A DNA stretch of 63,357 bases, the filler included, from Octopus bimaculoides (lineage: Eukaryota): the NCBI RefSeq assembly GCF_001194135.2. It is 9 parts of 8 records of this genome, joined end to end, with 100 filler letters (N's around TTAATTAATTAA, not from the genome) between each part and the next. Parts side by side here need not be neighbours in the genome. Positions count along the whole stretch, not along the records: positions 1 to 2,609 come from NC_068998.1; positions 2,710 to 10,849 come from NC_068988.1; positions 10,950 to 12,412 come from NC_068982.1; 6 more parts are not named here. One strand, written 5' to 3'. The notes below the pieces were generated by a model. The model did not search any database, had not been told where the DNA came from, and saw nothing but the letters and a program-made list of their open reading frames with translations. A program made the translations under genes and the position numbers. Within the stretch, counting starts at the first letter, position 1. Every line of letters starts with the position of its first letter. Positions 1-12,064 of the stretch are shown here, piece by piece.

Positions 1-373
1 ATATATATATATATATATATATAATGATATATAGTTATATATGTAATAATAACAATAATACTTGGATGAAATTCCGTACGTGCATTTCTATAAAACGCAT
101 GTCTCGCATCGGTATTCCTGGGATGATTGCAATGCAGTCTGTTGCATCCATGGTCATCAGGTAGATCAGTAACGGATGTTTAACTGAGGTTTGTTTATCC
201 TTTATTACCAGAGATAAACCAAGGCTGGACATGCTTATCAGATAATTTAAATCATTTTAATGGTGCATCGACGTAAGCAAAAGTTGATAAAAATGTCTTA
301 CAGTGTAGGTCAATTTAATATGCCGGATATAATTATAAACTAAAAAAATAGTGAACGTAGGAAGTTGCCATAC

Positions 374-457
<84 letters not shown>

Positions 458-1225
458 ATTTATGATTAAATTATGTTTGCTTTGTAAGTACAGTTATATT
501 AATTTATACTAATTTTACTTAAATTCTAATTTATATCGTCCTAAAATCTGTATTAAAATCAAAATATATCATATTATTTGGTTAATAAATGAATGTCACT
601 GATCAATATCAGTTTTGCTATTATTAAGCATATATTAACATATTACATAATGTAATGCAGTATGTATTATTTTTATTGTTACTTCTACTAACACAAGTGC
701 ATGGCTAATGCCCATGCATGGATTACAAGTAGTTATACTGTCTGACAGATATTACATTTTCACCCTCTCTATTGTTATTGAAATGAAATTCAATCATTAT
801 ATAATATAATATAATGCACTATATGTTACACGTATTTGTAATTTGGACCTATTTTAGCTTATGTTTGATTTTTAAATTAAATCATAGTTATTATACTATT
901 TCTATATTTTTAACGTCAGGTTTCATTATCTCTAATATATTTATTTAATTTTCTAGATTAAATCTTGGTTAATCACAACAAATTAGAATATTTAAATCTT
1001 TGGTTACTTTTATTAGCTATTTAATAAAATTCATTTGATTTTCTAAAATTAAATTTAGGTTAATTACTACAAATAAGATATACATATTCTCCATGACAAT
1101 CAGTTTAATTAACACTACGTATTTTATATGCTATTTATACTCGTTATTTTCCCTTCTAAAGACATATTACGAGTAGTGGTAGCATGTGTATACTCACAAT
1201 TTACAGTTAAATATTTATTCCCAAA

Positions 1226-1920
1226 TTAATTAAATGCTCGAAAGACATATTTTGAACAGTGGCAACAAGCTAAGTGTTTTCTTTCCGAGAATTTAATAAT
1301 AATGCTTAGATTTAATTGTTTGAAAAAAAATATTTGGAGCATAAATGGCATTTCCTGTCTGAAATATGATAAGCCATGACTTATAACTTAACATTTAATC
1401 ATATAATCTTTTCCATTGTCCTTTAACATCCACAGAAATTTGCTAAGGCTAATATTTGTAATTTAATATTTATATCGAAAACAACTTTCATGGTTTTCGA
1501 TTCTTTGTTTAAACTTTGATTCGGTTGAACATATATAATGGTATTCATTCTTTTCAGTTTTAAGTTTGCACCTCTATACGAAATTATGTTGTTTCCAATT
1601 ATTGTTAATCTTACAATGTTCTTGAATCGCACAGTCGTAATTCATATTAAAGTTATTATTAATAAAGTTGTTTTCATTTTTATTACTTCGATTATTAGGG
1701 TTAGGAAAGAATTCATGTCGGCTATATGCTTTCTATTATTGTAACTTATCCTGACCTCATTTTCATACGGATATAAATCATATCAAGTTTCCTTTTATTA
1801 ATTAATGATATAAGTGCAAAAGTATCTTTTGATAGACAATGAACAATACTTATAGATTTAAAATTAATAATTTTACTATACTTATTATCTTTCTTTAAAT
1901 GTTTGTGTATTCAAAAGTAA
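1226..1920 (-). mobile_element. Decayed Penelope-like element (PLE) ORF end: RT C-terminal linker plus GIY-YIG endonuclease, Naiad-like
   Basis: Manual minus-strand translation with stops and frameshifts: HLKKDNKYSKIINFKSISIVHC...YDCAIQEHCKINNNWKQHNFV*RCKLKTEKNEYHYICSTESKFKQRIENHESCFRYKY*ITNISLSKFLWMLKDNGKDYMIKC...RKCHLCSK...ACCHCSKYVF. This matches the PLE GIY-YIG pattern (Y.G.T...FK.R...H...F...LSK..W.LK) followed by CxLC. Confidence 0.75.
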
Positions 1921-2021
1921 AGGAATTTGATTATATTATTTAATTTTATTCTATTGTTATTTTGTATTCATATTTCATTTTAATACCCTTTACGTCTTTT
2001 CCCTTTTACTTCCTTCAGAAA

Positions 2022-2190
2022 TTTGACTGTGGCCATGCTAGAGCACAACCTTTAGTCGAGCAAATCGACCATCAACGCCCGGAGGTATTCAGTGTCCGTC
2101 TACCAAATCCACTCAGAAGGCGTTAATCGGCCCGAGGCTATAGTAGAAGACACTTACCCAACGTACTACGTAGTAGGACTGAACCCGGAA
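2022..2190 (-). mobile_element. Fragments of tRNA-derived SINE family A (octopus OK/OR-type)
   Basis: Reverse complement of the head (GTCCGTCTACCAAATCCACTC...GGCCCGAGGCTATAGTAGAAGACAC) and tail (GGCCATGCTAGAGCAC) seen repeatedly elsewhere in the window. Confidence 0.75.
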
Positions 2191-2365
2191 CGTATATACC
2201 AATGCATATACATATATATATATTGTACATACTTGTTGCCTGTATGTGTGTATGTGTGTATGTGTGTATGTAAGTATATATATATATATATAGATAGATA
2301 GATATTTTAAGTTTCAGCTTAGAGCTGCGGCCATGCTGATGCACCACCGTGTTGCTACACTGTTA

Positions 2366-2605
2366 TCACAGGGAGCCTCTTACAATATGTGGCACTTGGT
2401 GAATAATGGAGTTTGATTTAGCAACCCTCATTTGCACCTCCTGCCGCGAGGTAGGTTCATTTGGGACTCTCGATAGGAAGAGGTCCAGCTTTGATTTAAA
2501 CACTCCTACATCTACTTTGTGCAGATTCCTTAGGCTCTTTGGGAGAATATTAAAAAGCTGTGGGCCCCTGAATCCCAAGCTGTTGCAGTAACTGGTCCTG
2601 AAGCG
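2366..2605 (-). mobile_element. C-terminal end of a CR1/Jockey-group LINE ORF2
   Basis: ORF GFRGPQLFNILPKSLRNLHKVDVGVFKSKLDLFLSRVPNEP...SNSIIHQV resembles the post-RT tail (GP.LFN.LP..LRN...FK.KLD.FL..VPD.P) of these LINEs. Truncated by the linker. Confidence 0.75.
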
Positions 2606-2609
2606 CGAT

Positions 2610-2709
2610 NNNNNNNNNNNNNNNNNNNNNNNNNNNNNNNNNNNNNNNNNNNNTTAATTAATTAANNNNNNNNNNNNNNNNNNNNNNNNNNNNNNNNNNN
2701 NNNNNNNNN
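2610..2709. other. Synthetic assembly linker 1 (44N-TTAATTAATTAA-44N)
   Basis: Exactly 100 bp; the palindromic 12-mer gives stops in all six frames; the same layout recurs 8 times. Confidence 0.95.
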
Positions 2710-2748
<39 letters not shown>

Positions 2749-2904
2749 TACATACATTCATATATGGTAACACAAAAGTCGCGCACGAGTAAAAATAACA
2801 CTTTTCCATAACATCTTCATATTTGCTATTTTTCGTAAGTAAATTTGTTTTTTCTCGTCATTAGGGTGATGCATGACTTTTGCATACACCCCTTGTCTAT
2901 ATAA

Positions 2905-3250
2905 TATGTCTTTGTATATTCTAAAATTAGGGAATGTAGTAGATAAAATCCAGGCTACATATGTTTCATAGCTAGCTGAATCTCGGAAGTAGTAAAATAT
3001 CCAAACGAAGGGTAGACTGTTAGCTGCTCTTCCGGCCAAGAATACCTTGATTATATGAAGTTTATATTGCCGTTGGGAGATTCCGTGTTAATTCATTGGG
3101 GATACCCTCATATAATCAGGTATTCTCAGCCTGAAGAGGAGCTTGCAGTCTGGGTAATTTGCCACTTCCGAAGTTCCGTTAGCTTTGAGACATATGTAAC
3201 TTGGATTTTATCTGCCCCATTTCCTAATTTTTGAATATTTATTCGCATAT
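2905..3250. repeat. Imperfect foldback (about 150-bp inverted arms, about 45-bp loop)
   Basis: GACTGTTAGCTGCTCTTCCGGCCAAGAATACCTTGATTATATGA (about 3016-3059) pairs with TCATATAATCAGGTATTCTCAGCCTGAAGAGGAGCTTGCAGTC (about 3108-3150). The outer arms AAATTAGGGAATGTAGTAGATAAAATCCAGGCTACATATG and CATATGTAACTTGGATTTTATCTGCCCCATTTCCTAATTT also pair. Confidence 0.85.
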
Positions 3251-3443
3251 ACAACAACGCCTGTTGGTAATCGTGAATTATATAATTAACTTTCTTTCAG
3301 CTTATCGTACTTCAAGATGGGAAAAATTCACAATCTTTTGTGCCAATAAACCACTATTGTCCCTAAAAGTTGTTTTTTATATCTTCTACGGATTGCTTGC
3401 TCACTAACTCCATGCACCTCGACCCTTGGATCTTACCTTTACA

Positions 3444-3497
<54 letters not shown>

Positions 3498-3965
3498 CAC
3501 GATTCCTATTGATCCCCCCTTTTTTTTTCCTCGATCCCTTTTGATCGACACCCCCTACTTTTTCCCCTTCCCCCTCCCAAAAAGAAAAGCTCTTCATTGT
3601 ATTTGTCCCATCTTTGTTGAGCCCTGTGTGGCTAATAAAAGAAATCTATCTATCTATCGGTATATNNNNNNNNNNNNNNNNNNNNNNNNNNNNNNNNNNN
3701 NNNNNNNNNNNNNNNNNNNNNNNNNNNNNNNNNNNNNNNNNNNNNNNNNNNNNNNNNNNNNNNNNNNNNNNNNNNNNNNNNNNNNNNNNNNNNNNNNNNN
3801 NNNNNNNNNNNNNNNNNNNNNNNNNNNNNNNNNNNNNNNNNNNNNNNNNNNNNNNNNNNNNNNNNNNNNNNNNNNNNNNNNNNNNNNNNNNNNNNNNNNN
3901 NNNNNNNNNNNNNNNNNNNNNNNNNNNNNNNNNNNNNNNNNNNNNNNNNNNNNNNNNNNNNNNNN

Positions 3966-4037
<72 letters not shown>

Positions 4038-4038
4038 G

Positions 4039-4069
<31 letters not shown>

Positions 4070-4863
4070 TAGAGATGGAATGGATGGATGGATGGATGAA
4101 TTGATGTATTACACTCCCTGGGCACAATAGTTTTCTGTTGCTTTACGGTCATCTACTGATAGAAAACTACATTTTGGTGAGTTCATTTATCGGTTAGATG
4201 ACTTTTTTCATGAATAGTTTATTTAAAAAGTGTGTGCATGTAAAGAAGCATTAGCCCAAATGTGTGAGATGTGAATTGTTCAGAATCAAAGCATTTCTGA
4301 CCTTGAAAAAGAAACACAATATCTGTGACACAAATCTGACTATATGTTTCCGTAATCACCCTCTAAATGCATGAGGGACAGTAACAGCTAAACATTACTT
4401 GGATACTGAACTCACAATAGTTTTGTCTAACACCAGATAGTTATAGAAAAGGGATACGATTCATCATTACAAGCAGTTTTTTCTTTGAATGTTTCCAAAT
4501 CACGAAACGAACACAGGAGCCAGTGGATACACCCAAGATGAATTCAACCATTGAAAGACTTCGTATTTCATAATTATATCGGTCAAACAGATGTTGACTA
4601 TTTCGTCCTGTAATGCTCTCGTGCAGCATTTCCATCACTATAAACGAATGTAACATAGAAGCGAGTTGAAATAATTCCGGTCTGACTGAACTTTTACCAG
4701 TCAAATATGACAGACTATTAAGTTGTTTATTTTCGTCGGAGAGGAAAGCTAAAAGTTTACACTTATTCTTCTTTCATCACTGACACTCTGACTTATTCAA
4801 GCGAAAGAAAAAGGAAATCTTGTACCAATGATTCCACCAATTTCATCAGTACATGAAAACCTA

Positions 4864-6236
4864 TAGGATCTATTCAATTTGACGGCCAGATTTTTTAATC
4901 AATTCTTTTTTTTTTTAACTAAACACTTTGAAACTTCGGATACTGGTAGAATGTGTCATAGAACAGGGTTTACTCTTAACGTTTTTGACAAAATTTTGTA
5001 TTTCAGAAGTTATTTGGTGTTAAATTCGTGTTTGATAAGTGCCAATGATATATATACATACATATATGTGTAAAACAATCTCGTCACGCAATCGAACCAT
5101 TGAAAGAGCCTCTACCTGGTCGCTCGACACGCTAAAAATAGCAGCCAAAGTGTCTCCTTACCTAAATCACACGCCCATTGTACGTAATGTCCTAGATTAT
5201 CCCTAAAAAGACGGTTTGTTGAAGGCTGGAATGTCTTTGATGATAGGTTTGCTGTATCAGGTTGATTTGAGGCTAAATAACAAAATAGTGAAAATCGTGC
5301 GGGTGAGAAGATCACTTGGGGGTGGGGGTGAAATTTCCGAGGCTTTCACCTCACCCCGCCCCGTCTTTTCGGACCCCAAAAAGGGTTTTGTTGCATATTA
5401 GAAGGTCGCAGGAATTCATTCAAAAAAAAAGAAAAAATTCCAATGATTCCGGGATGGAGGGGGAGGCGGTTCCCCATTTTTTTTCCGAACCAAAATAAGG
5501 GATTTGCAGGATATTAGGAGGCTAGGGTATTTGATTCCACGCAAAAAATCCANNNNNNNNNNNNNNNNNNNNNNNNNNNNNNNNNNNNNNNNNNNNNNNN
5601 NNNNNNNNNNNNNNNNNNNNNNNNNNNNNNNNNNNNNNNNNNNNNNNNNNNNNNNNNNNNNNNNNNNNNNNNNNNNNNNNNNNNNNNNNNNNNNNNNNNN
5701 NNNNNNNNNNNNNNNNNNNNNNNNNNNNNNNNNNNNNNNNNNNNNNNNNNNNNNNNNNNNNNNNNNNNNNNNNNNNNNNNNNNNNNNNNNNNNNNNNNNN
5801 NNNNNNNNNNNNNNNNNNNNNNNNNNNNNNNNNNNNNNNNNNNNNNNNNNNNNNNNNNNNNNNNNNNNNNNNNNNNNNNNNNNNNNNNNNNNNNNNNNNN
5901 NNNNNNNNNNNNNNNNNNNNNNNNNNNNNNNNNNNNNNNNNNNNNNNNNNNNATATATATATATATATATATATATATAATGGACCAGGAAGTTGTTGTT
6001 CCCAAACAGCAGCAGTAATTTTCCTCAGCTCAATACACGTCATTGATTGGTTAAAATTACCCAAATACGACAACTTTAACACGAAATAACTTCTGAAATA
6101 CAAAATTTTGTCAAAAACGTATAGAGTAAACTCTGTTGTATGTGGCACATTCTACCAGTATCCAAAGTTTCAGAGATTTTGGTTAAAAAAAAAAAATTAA
6201 CTAAAACATCTGGCCGTCAAATTGAATCGATCCCTG
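4864..6236. mobile_element. Non-autonomous Tc1/mariner-type element with about 180-bp terminal inverted repeats and nested insertions
   Basis: 4864-5040 is the reverse complement (roughly 80% by eye) of 6060-6236. The termini TA|TAGGATCTATTCAATTTGACGGCC and GGCCGTCAAATTGAATCGATCCCTG|TA are flanked by TA. Confidence 0.65.
5100..5285 (+). repeat. Interspersed repeat fragment (retroelement 3' tail-like) nested in the TIR element
   Basis: Similar to 29780-29950 (AAATAGCAG.CAAA...GGCTGGAATG.CTTTG...GGGCTAAA.AACAA). Confidence 0.5.
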
Positions 6237-9200
6237 TAGGAACATGACGTGCTTTAGAAGATAATATAATTATTTGTATTATGATTTTCAAATTAAGAGA
6301 CATATTTCTGGTTTTATTTCTCCACACATATGCGCGCGCGCACATTTTACATAGATAATTAAGATAGAGAGATAACATTTTCTACATACTGAATTCGATT
6401 TTTTAAGATTTGGGCGAACAATTATTTGACTGTTGCAAAGATTCTGACTTGTCCTGACTAATCAATCTCCCACAATTCTTTCTGTGCTTAAAAATAAACC
6501 AAGCAATAAAATATCAAAATGGTTTTGATAAATTGTTATTAAATGCACCAAGCGTGTTTGTTGATTGTAAATATTCCTTATGATAAACATTCGCATAAAC
6601 ATTAATATACGCACACATAGATGAATATATATCTTCACTGTAAAATAAATCTTATGTGTGTATATTTATGATCACATATATGATTTTATATAAGAAAACG
6701 TAACCAAATGTGTGATTTGTGATAAATATTTTCGCAAAATCAAAAGTGCGGATCAATATTTTCAAAATTAAGTATCGTAGACCACGGAACTAGCACCTTG
6801 AGAATCAAGACAAGAAAGCCGACAGAGTTTTAGGAAAGCTGTCCCTCCGAAACCCACTCCTCATATGAAAGGGAGAGAGTGACAGTTTCATTAATAATTT
6901 ATTATTGCTACGTTTCATACGAGGGAGTATGTGATTCTAAAAGAAAAAGAAAAAATTCCAGAATTTTCATTTTTTTTTTCCTTGTCCATGATGTATGTAA
7001 CTTCGAGGGATAGTTATTCCAAAACTATGCCAACATCCTATTGCACCATTTCATTTAAATTATACCNNNNNNNNNNNNNNNNNNNNNNNNNNNNNNNNNN
7101 NNNNNNNNNNNNNNNNNNNNNNNNNNNNNNNNNNNNNNNNNNNNNNNNNNNNNNNNNNNNNNNNNNNNNNNNNNNNNNNNNNNNNNNNNNNNNNNNNNNN
7201 NNNNNNNNNNNNNNNNNNNNNNNNNNNNNNNNNNNNNNNNNNNNNNNNNNNNNNNNNNNNNNNNNNNNNNNNNNNNNNNNNNNNNNNNNNNNNNNNNNNN
7301 NNNNNNNNNNNNNNNNNNNNNNNNNNNNNNNNNNNNNNNNNNNNNNNNNNNNNNNNNNNNNNNNNAAGATCGTTATATTTTGTATGAAACTAATTATTTC
7401 TTTTATATCATAGATAAAGAACAATTCTTTTTCTTTTATTTCTATTGTTATGATATTAAAAATTCCTTAGTTTCCAAAACTAAATGTTTTGCATGCACAT
7501 AAAACAATATCAAATAAAATCAAATAAATTGGATTCAATCCAAAGGTTTGCTGTAACGTTGGCTCGTTCCGGAAAATAATGGCAATTTTGTCTTAGTTGT
7601 ATACTTGATGTTTAATTTAATCGCTCAGTAGGATCTGTGCATGAAACTAAAACCTCTCAGTTAAGATATTTAGTATGTCATCAAGGGTACAGCCAACTAT
7701 TTTAGCCTGATGCCCTTAATTCTGTACCAGAATATCAATTCTCCATTACGCATATTCTGACATTCTTCTACACCAAACTATCCTACATACACGTAGATAA
7801 CGTAGGTAAATGCAAACGAACACGCAAAGACTATTTAATTATTTATACCTTCAAAAAAACGCTTTCCGATGCTCAGTAAACGTTCATAAAAGATTAGATT
7901 ATCTTAGATTTTCAACAACTTTTTTCCTTTAGTTATCACAACCTTTATTTCTTCCTTTGAATGAGTGGAAATGTGCATGTTTAAACTGATATAATTGAAA
8001 CAATTTCTCAAAGAAAGTAATAACGTTATAAGGAGATATAAGATATTTCTATATTTGTGAAACGTAATAAATTAAAAAAAGAAACAGTTGCATATGATTT
8101 GTCTTAGAATGGGGACAAATTCTGGCTGAACTAATTCAGCTACACAAATGCATCTTATGTAATTAATCAAGAATTTTTTATGAATAATTTTTACGAAGTG
8201 CACTCACTCACGACTTCCACTTTTCTTTCTNNNNNNNNNNAGAGAGAGAGAGAGAGAGAGAGATAGTATGCATGCACACACAATTTATAGCGATATATAC
8301 ACGCACATACACACACACACACACATATTCATAAAGAGAGACTGATGCAAATATGTTTGAAATTTAAGTGGTTAATATTTAGACAAATTTCAAGCACACA
8401 CACGTCGACGAGAGAAAATTAAGGTTATGAGGAAAACGTTAGGTGGGTATAATGGCGAAATATAAACATGACAACGCAAGCATATTAATAGAAGTGGTGG
8501 TATTTAGGACAAGGATATGTTTAACAAGCATCAACGAACAACAGATGTATATTACATCGCACACAGTTAACTGATCTAGTTATACCTAGACTGTAAATAA
8601 AAATTGTGAGACAAGGATGTGAAACGTATGGAAATATGTAACACTCAATATCAAAACAGTAGATAACAACAACACTAACCGCTGATTCTAGTTTGGTGGG
8701 TGTTTTATTTTTGTAAATACGTCAGAATAATCAGTCCATTTTACATGAATGTGTGTACATACATATTAAAACAAACACGTGCAGTGTAGTTGAAATAATG
8801 TGAATTGTTGTGTAAAAATAACAACTATAACGTGTCAAATTACAAGTCGACTCGAGAAACACTACAAGAATTATCACTTTACATCCAATAATAAAAGCTT
8901 GTGTAAAATTTTGTTTTAAATATCACGACTCAAAATAATTATTACTAAAATATGTAGGTTTTTTTTAATAGCAATTATCGAATGTTATTATTATGATTTT
9001 TAACAGATATGAAAGACGAGAGTTCCGCACCAAATAACTTGTCAAGGAAGTATGTTCAGAATTTAGTTGAAATAGTAGTTGTAATATTCACAGCAGTAGC
9101 AGTTGGGGACTAATATTAGTTATGTTGACTACAGTGTATGAATATTTATGATATATCACATAGAAATGATAATAGACAAGTACAAAGCATTAAAAGAAAC

Positions 9201-10231
9201 GTTGAAATAGCATAATTAGCGTGTATCGTTGTTTGAAGGTACGGAGCAAGGCAAGCTAGAGAATAGTTACACACGCATACACAAATACACATGTATACGC
9301 ACGTACATAGAAAATGCCAATATACATATGTAGATGTCTGCCTGAGAATTATTTATGCAAAGGGTAATATTTAGTTTTAAAATTTCTTACTCAATATTTC
9401 TGTCTCTGAATAGATACTATAGTTTTGTATTTTTGATAATGCAAACATTTATAAATAACATAAAAATTATTTGCATTGATGTTAGCTCTAAATATATTAA
9501 TTTATAAAAATATGCAGCGTATATCGCGGTATGTATACTGGTAATATGGATAAAACATATATGCAGGCTCATGCACCGAGAATCACAAACTAACACATAT
9601 GCGCACCCGTATTTGTTGTCATAAATATGTGTGAAACTATAGACGTTTGAGAAGTGTGTCTACGTGTATGTGTACGCATGATTGTGTGCTTGTGTGTATG
9701 TGTGTATGTACACGCAACCAACACATATTTTTTTATTTTCTTTTTGTAAATAATTTATTTCTGAATAATGATAAAATAAAACGAGTGACGTTGATTTACA
9801 CACAACGCCGACGAGGATTCGAAGACTTTCTAGCTTTTACACAATTAAAGATTTTAAGCGGAATATCTTTACTTGATAAATGCATTGGTAAAGAGAAATC
9901 GTTTATTTATTTATCTATTTAATTTCCATTATTTCCTCATCTTAAATCAGCAAAGCAGAAAATAGACGAAAGCTGGATATAAAAATAACTAAAATACAGA
10001 CATATTCCGGCCAAATAAGAAAAGAGGAAAATGTAGTGCGTATGGTAGCTGAATAGTAATATCAGCTTGAACGTGGTGAATTGGGGGAGGAATGTTTTAG
10101 TGAGAACTAGCTAAGGCTGAGGATTGAGAGAAGAAAATAAACTAACAGTATATATACAGGAGTAGCAAAATGCTGGAAATAGCAACTTGGGCGAGCAGCG
10201 TCATACAACAACGTTGGTTTTCTGCTAGATA

Positions 10232-10360
10232 TGACGTCAAGGCGGAAGTATTGATTGTGTGCTGGTGAAACACCAGGGCCTTGCCTTGCCTGCCTGGTAG
10301 CCGTCGGTTCTCTCATAACCTGCTTATAAAAGCCGAAGCCATATGTGTCGTGCCAGTTAA
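10232..10360 (+). promoter_or_regulatory. Candidate Pol II core promoter: CRE + ETS-like site, TATA box, Inr-like
   Basis: TGACGTCA 10232-10239, GGCGGAAGT 10241-10249, TATAAAA 10325-10331 and CCAGTT with its A at 10355, exactly 30 nt after the TATA start, all in non-repetitive sequence. Confidence 0.4.
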
Positions 10361-10394
10361 CATACAGAATTTACGAAGAAAGTTTGCGTCACGC

Positions 10395-10641
10395 AGTCAT
10401 ACAAAGTGCGCGCACACACAAACACACGCACGCACACACGCACACACGTATAGGCACCTGCGCGCTTGCTTGCACACATGCACATACGCACAGACAGACA
10501 GACAGACAGATAGATAGCTAGCTAGCTAGATAGATATATAGATAGATAGATAGATAGATAGATAGACAGAAAGACAGACAGATATATAGATATATAGATA
10601 GATAGATAGATAGACAGAAAGACAGACAGATAGATAGATAT

Positions 10642-10678
<37 letters not shown>

Positions 10679-10687
10679 CAGACAGTC

Positions 10688-10722
<35 letters not shown>

Positions 10723-10730
10723 TAGATACC
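10395..10730. repeat. Compound (CA)n/(GACA)n/(GATA)n microsatellite
   Basis: Directly visible. Confidence 0.95.
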
Positions 10731-10849
10731 GTGTTCCTTCCAAAGTATTTCCACATTTTCTACAGAAGTATGTATCGATGAGCCTATTTGTGCGAGTGTA
10801 AAGTTTTAAAATTTAATGTGTGGGTGTTTATATGTACTTTATATATATA

Positions 10850-10949
10850 NNNNNNNNNNNNNNNNNNNNNNNNNNNNNNNNNNNNNNNNNNNNTTAATTA
10901 ATTAANNNNNNNNNNNNNNNNNNNNNNNNNNNNNNNNNNNNNNNNNNNN
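10850..10949. other. Synthetic assembly linker 2
   Basis: 44N-TTAATTAATTAA-44N. Confidence 0.95.
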
Positions 10950-11205
10950 TATATATATGTATATATACATATATATATGTATATATACATATATACATAT
11001 ATACATATATATATACATATATACATATATAGTTAATTTCCATCACTCTGCATAATTCTTCCCCTCTCTCTCCCTCTCTCGGCATTATAACTGGTCTGTT
11101 ATGCATACATTTTATTAAGGTCCTGACAAAAAATCCTACTACTATTCTTCCATTTTATAACTATGCCCTCTACAAAATTGTAATTTCTTATATTTGTATC
11201 CTTAG

Positions 11206-11265
11206 GCTTATCGGTCCTACGGATTTAACTAAACAAAGCTCTGCCAAGGACAGCATGCCTTTCAG
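11206..11265 (+). CDS. Candidate 60-nt internal exon, unknown gene (LIGPTDLTKQSSAKDSMPF)
   Basis: Pyrimidine-rich acceptor TTTCTTATATTTGTATCCTTAG| and consensus donor CAG|GTAAGT. Length divisible by 3; only one frame is open. No protein family recognised. Confidence 0.35.
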
Positions 11266-11314
11266 GTAAGTAATATCGTGATGATATTTTCGGACACCTA
11301 CCTATGGTATGAGT

Positions 11315-11500
11315 GGAGGCGCGTAATTTAGTGGTTAGAGGTGTTGGACTCATGATCGTACGATTGTGGTTTCAATTCCTGAACCGGGCAACACGATGGG
11401 TTCTTGAGTAAAACACTTCATTTCACGCGTTGCTCCAGTCTACTCAGATGACAAAAATGAGTATTCCTACGACGAATCGGTGTAATACAGTATCTCGGTT
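11315..11500 (+). mobile_element. tRNA-derived SINE (family C), decayed
   Basis: Head GGAGGCGCGTAATTTAGTGGTTAGAG...GGTTTCAATTCC with A/B-box remnants, followed by TTCTTGAGTAAAACACTT...TTGCTCCAGTCTACTCAG core. Confidence 0.65.
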
Positions 11501-11671
11501 GTGATACTCAGCACACACAAACACACACACACACACACACACATACACACTCACACACATAGGCACACACTCTCGCACACACACACACACATACACTCAC
11601 ACATGCACACATATATGTATGTATGTATATATGTATGTATATATGTATGTATGTATGTATGTATGTCAGTG

Positions 11672-12020
11672 TTCACTTTATTTCAAGATTTCTAACCAAT
11701 AGAGAAAGAGCCGGTTTCTAACCTAGATCCAAGACACTTTCATTGGAATTTCAACATAAACAACAGAGTATTTCTTTTTGTATGTATGCACGTATGTATG
11801 TATGCATGCATGCATGTATGTATGTATGTATGTATGTATGTGTGCAGATTTGTATGTCCTCCTTATTCATGTTATTCTCATGCATATAGTTGCATATGTG
11901 GCCATGCTCGTATATATTTAAATTATGAACTTTTGGAAAGTTTTACAGGTTTTTTACCTTGTTTCTAGGTTAGCAACCGGCTCTTTCTCTGTTGGCATGA
12001 AATCTTGAAATAAAACTGAA
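11672..12020. mobile_element. MITE-like element with about 56-bp TIRs around a (TATG)n tract
   Basis: TTTATTTCAAGATTTCTAACCAATAGAGAAAGAGCCGGTTTCTAACCTAGA vs TCTAGGTTAGCAACCGGCTCTTTCTCTGTTGGCATGAAATCTTGAAATAAAA (inverted). Confidence 0.65.
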
Positions 12021-12064
12021 TAATGACATACATTCATACATACATTCATATATACGTACATACA

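Noticed and set aside
61-240. Minus-strand CTGATGA followed distantly by GAGAC-ATGC-GTT, and a 65-aa ORF
   Set aside because: No GAAA at the right place and no stem I pairing; the ORF has no recognisable homology.
1226-1920. Selenocysteine read-through, as reported for some Naiad PLEs
   Set aside because: The in-frame stops in the GIY-YIG region are TAA/TAG, not TGA at Cys positions; this is ordinary decay.
2654-2665. TTAATTAATTAA as a conserved biological motif or piggyBac target
   Set aside because: It is always centred between 44-N runs, so it is an assembly spacer.
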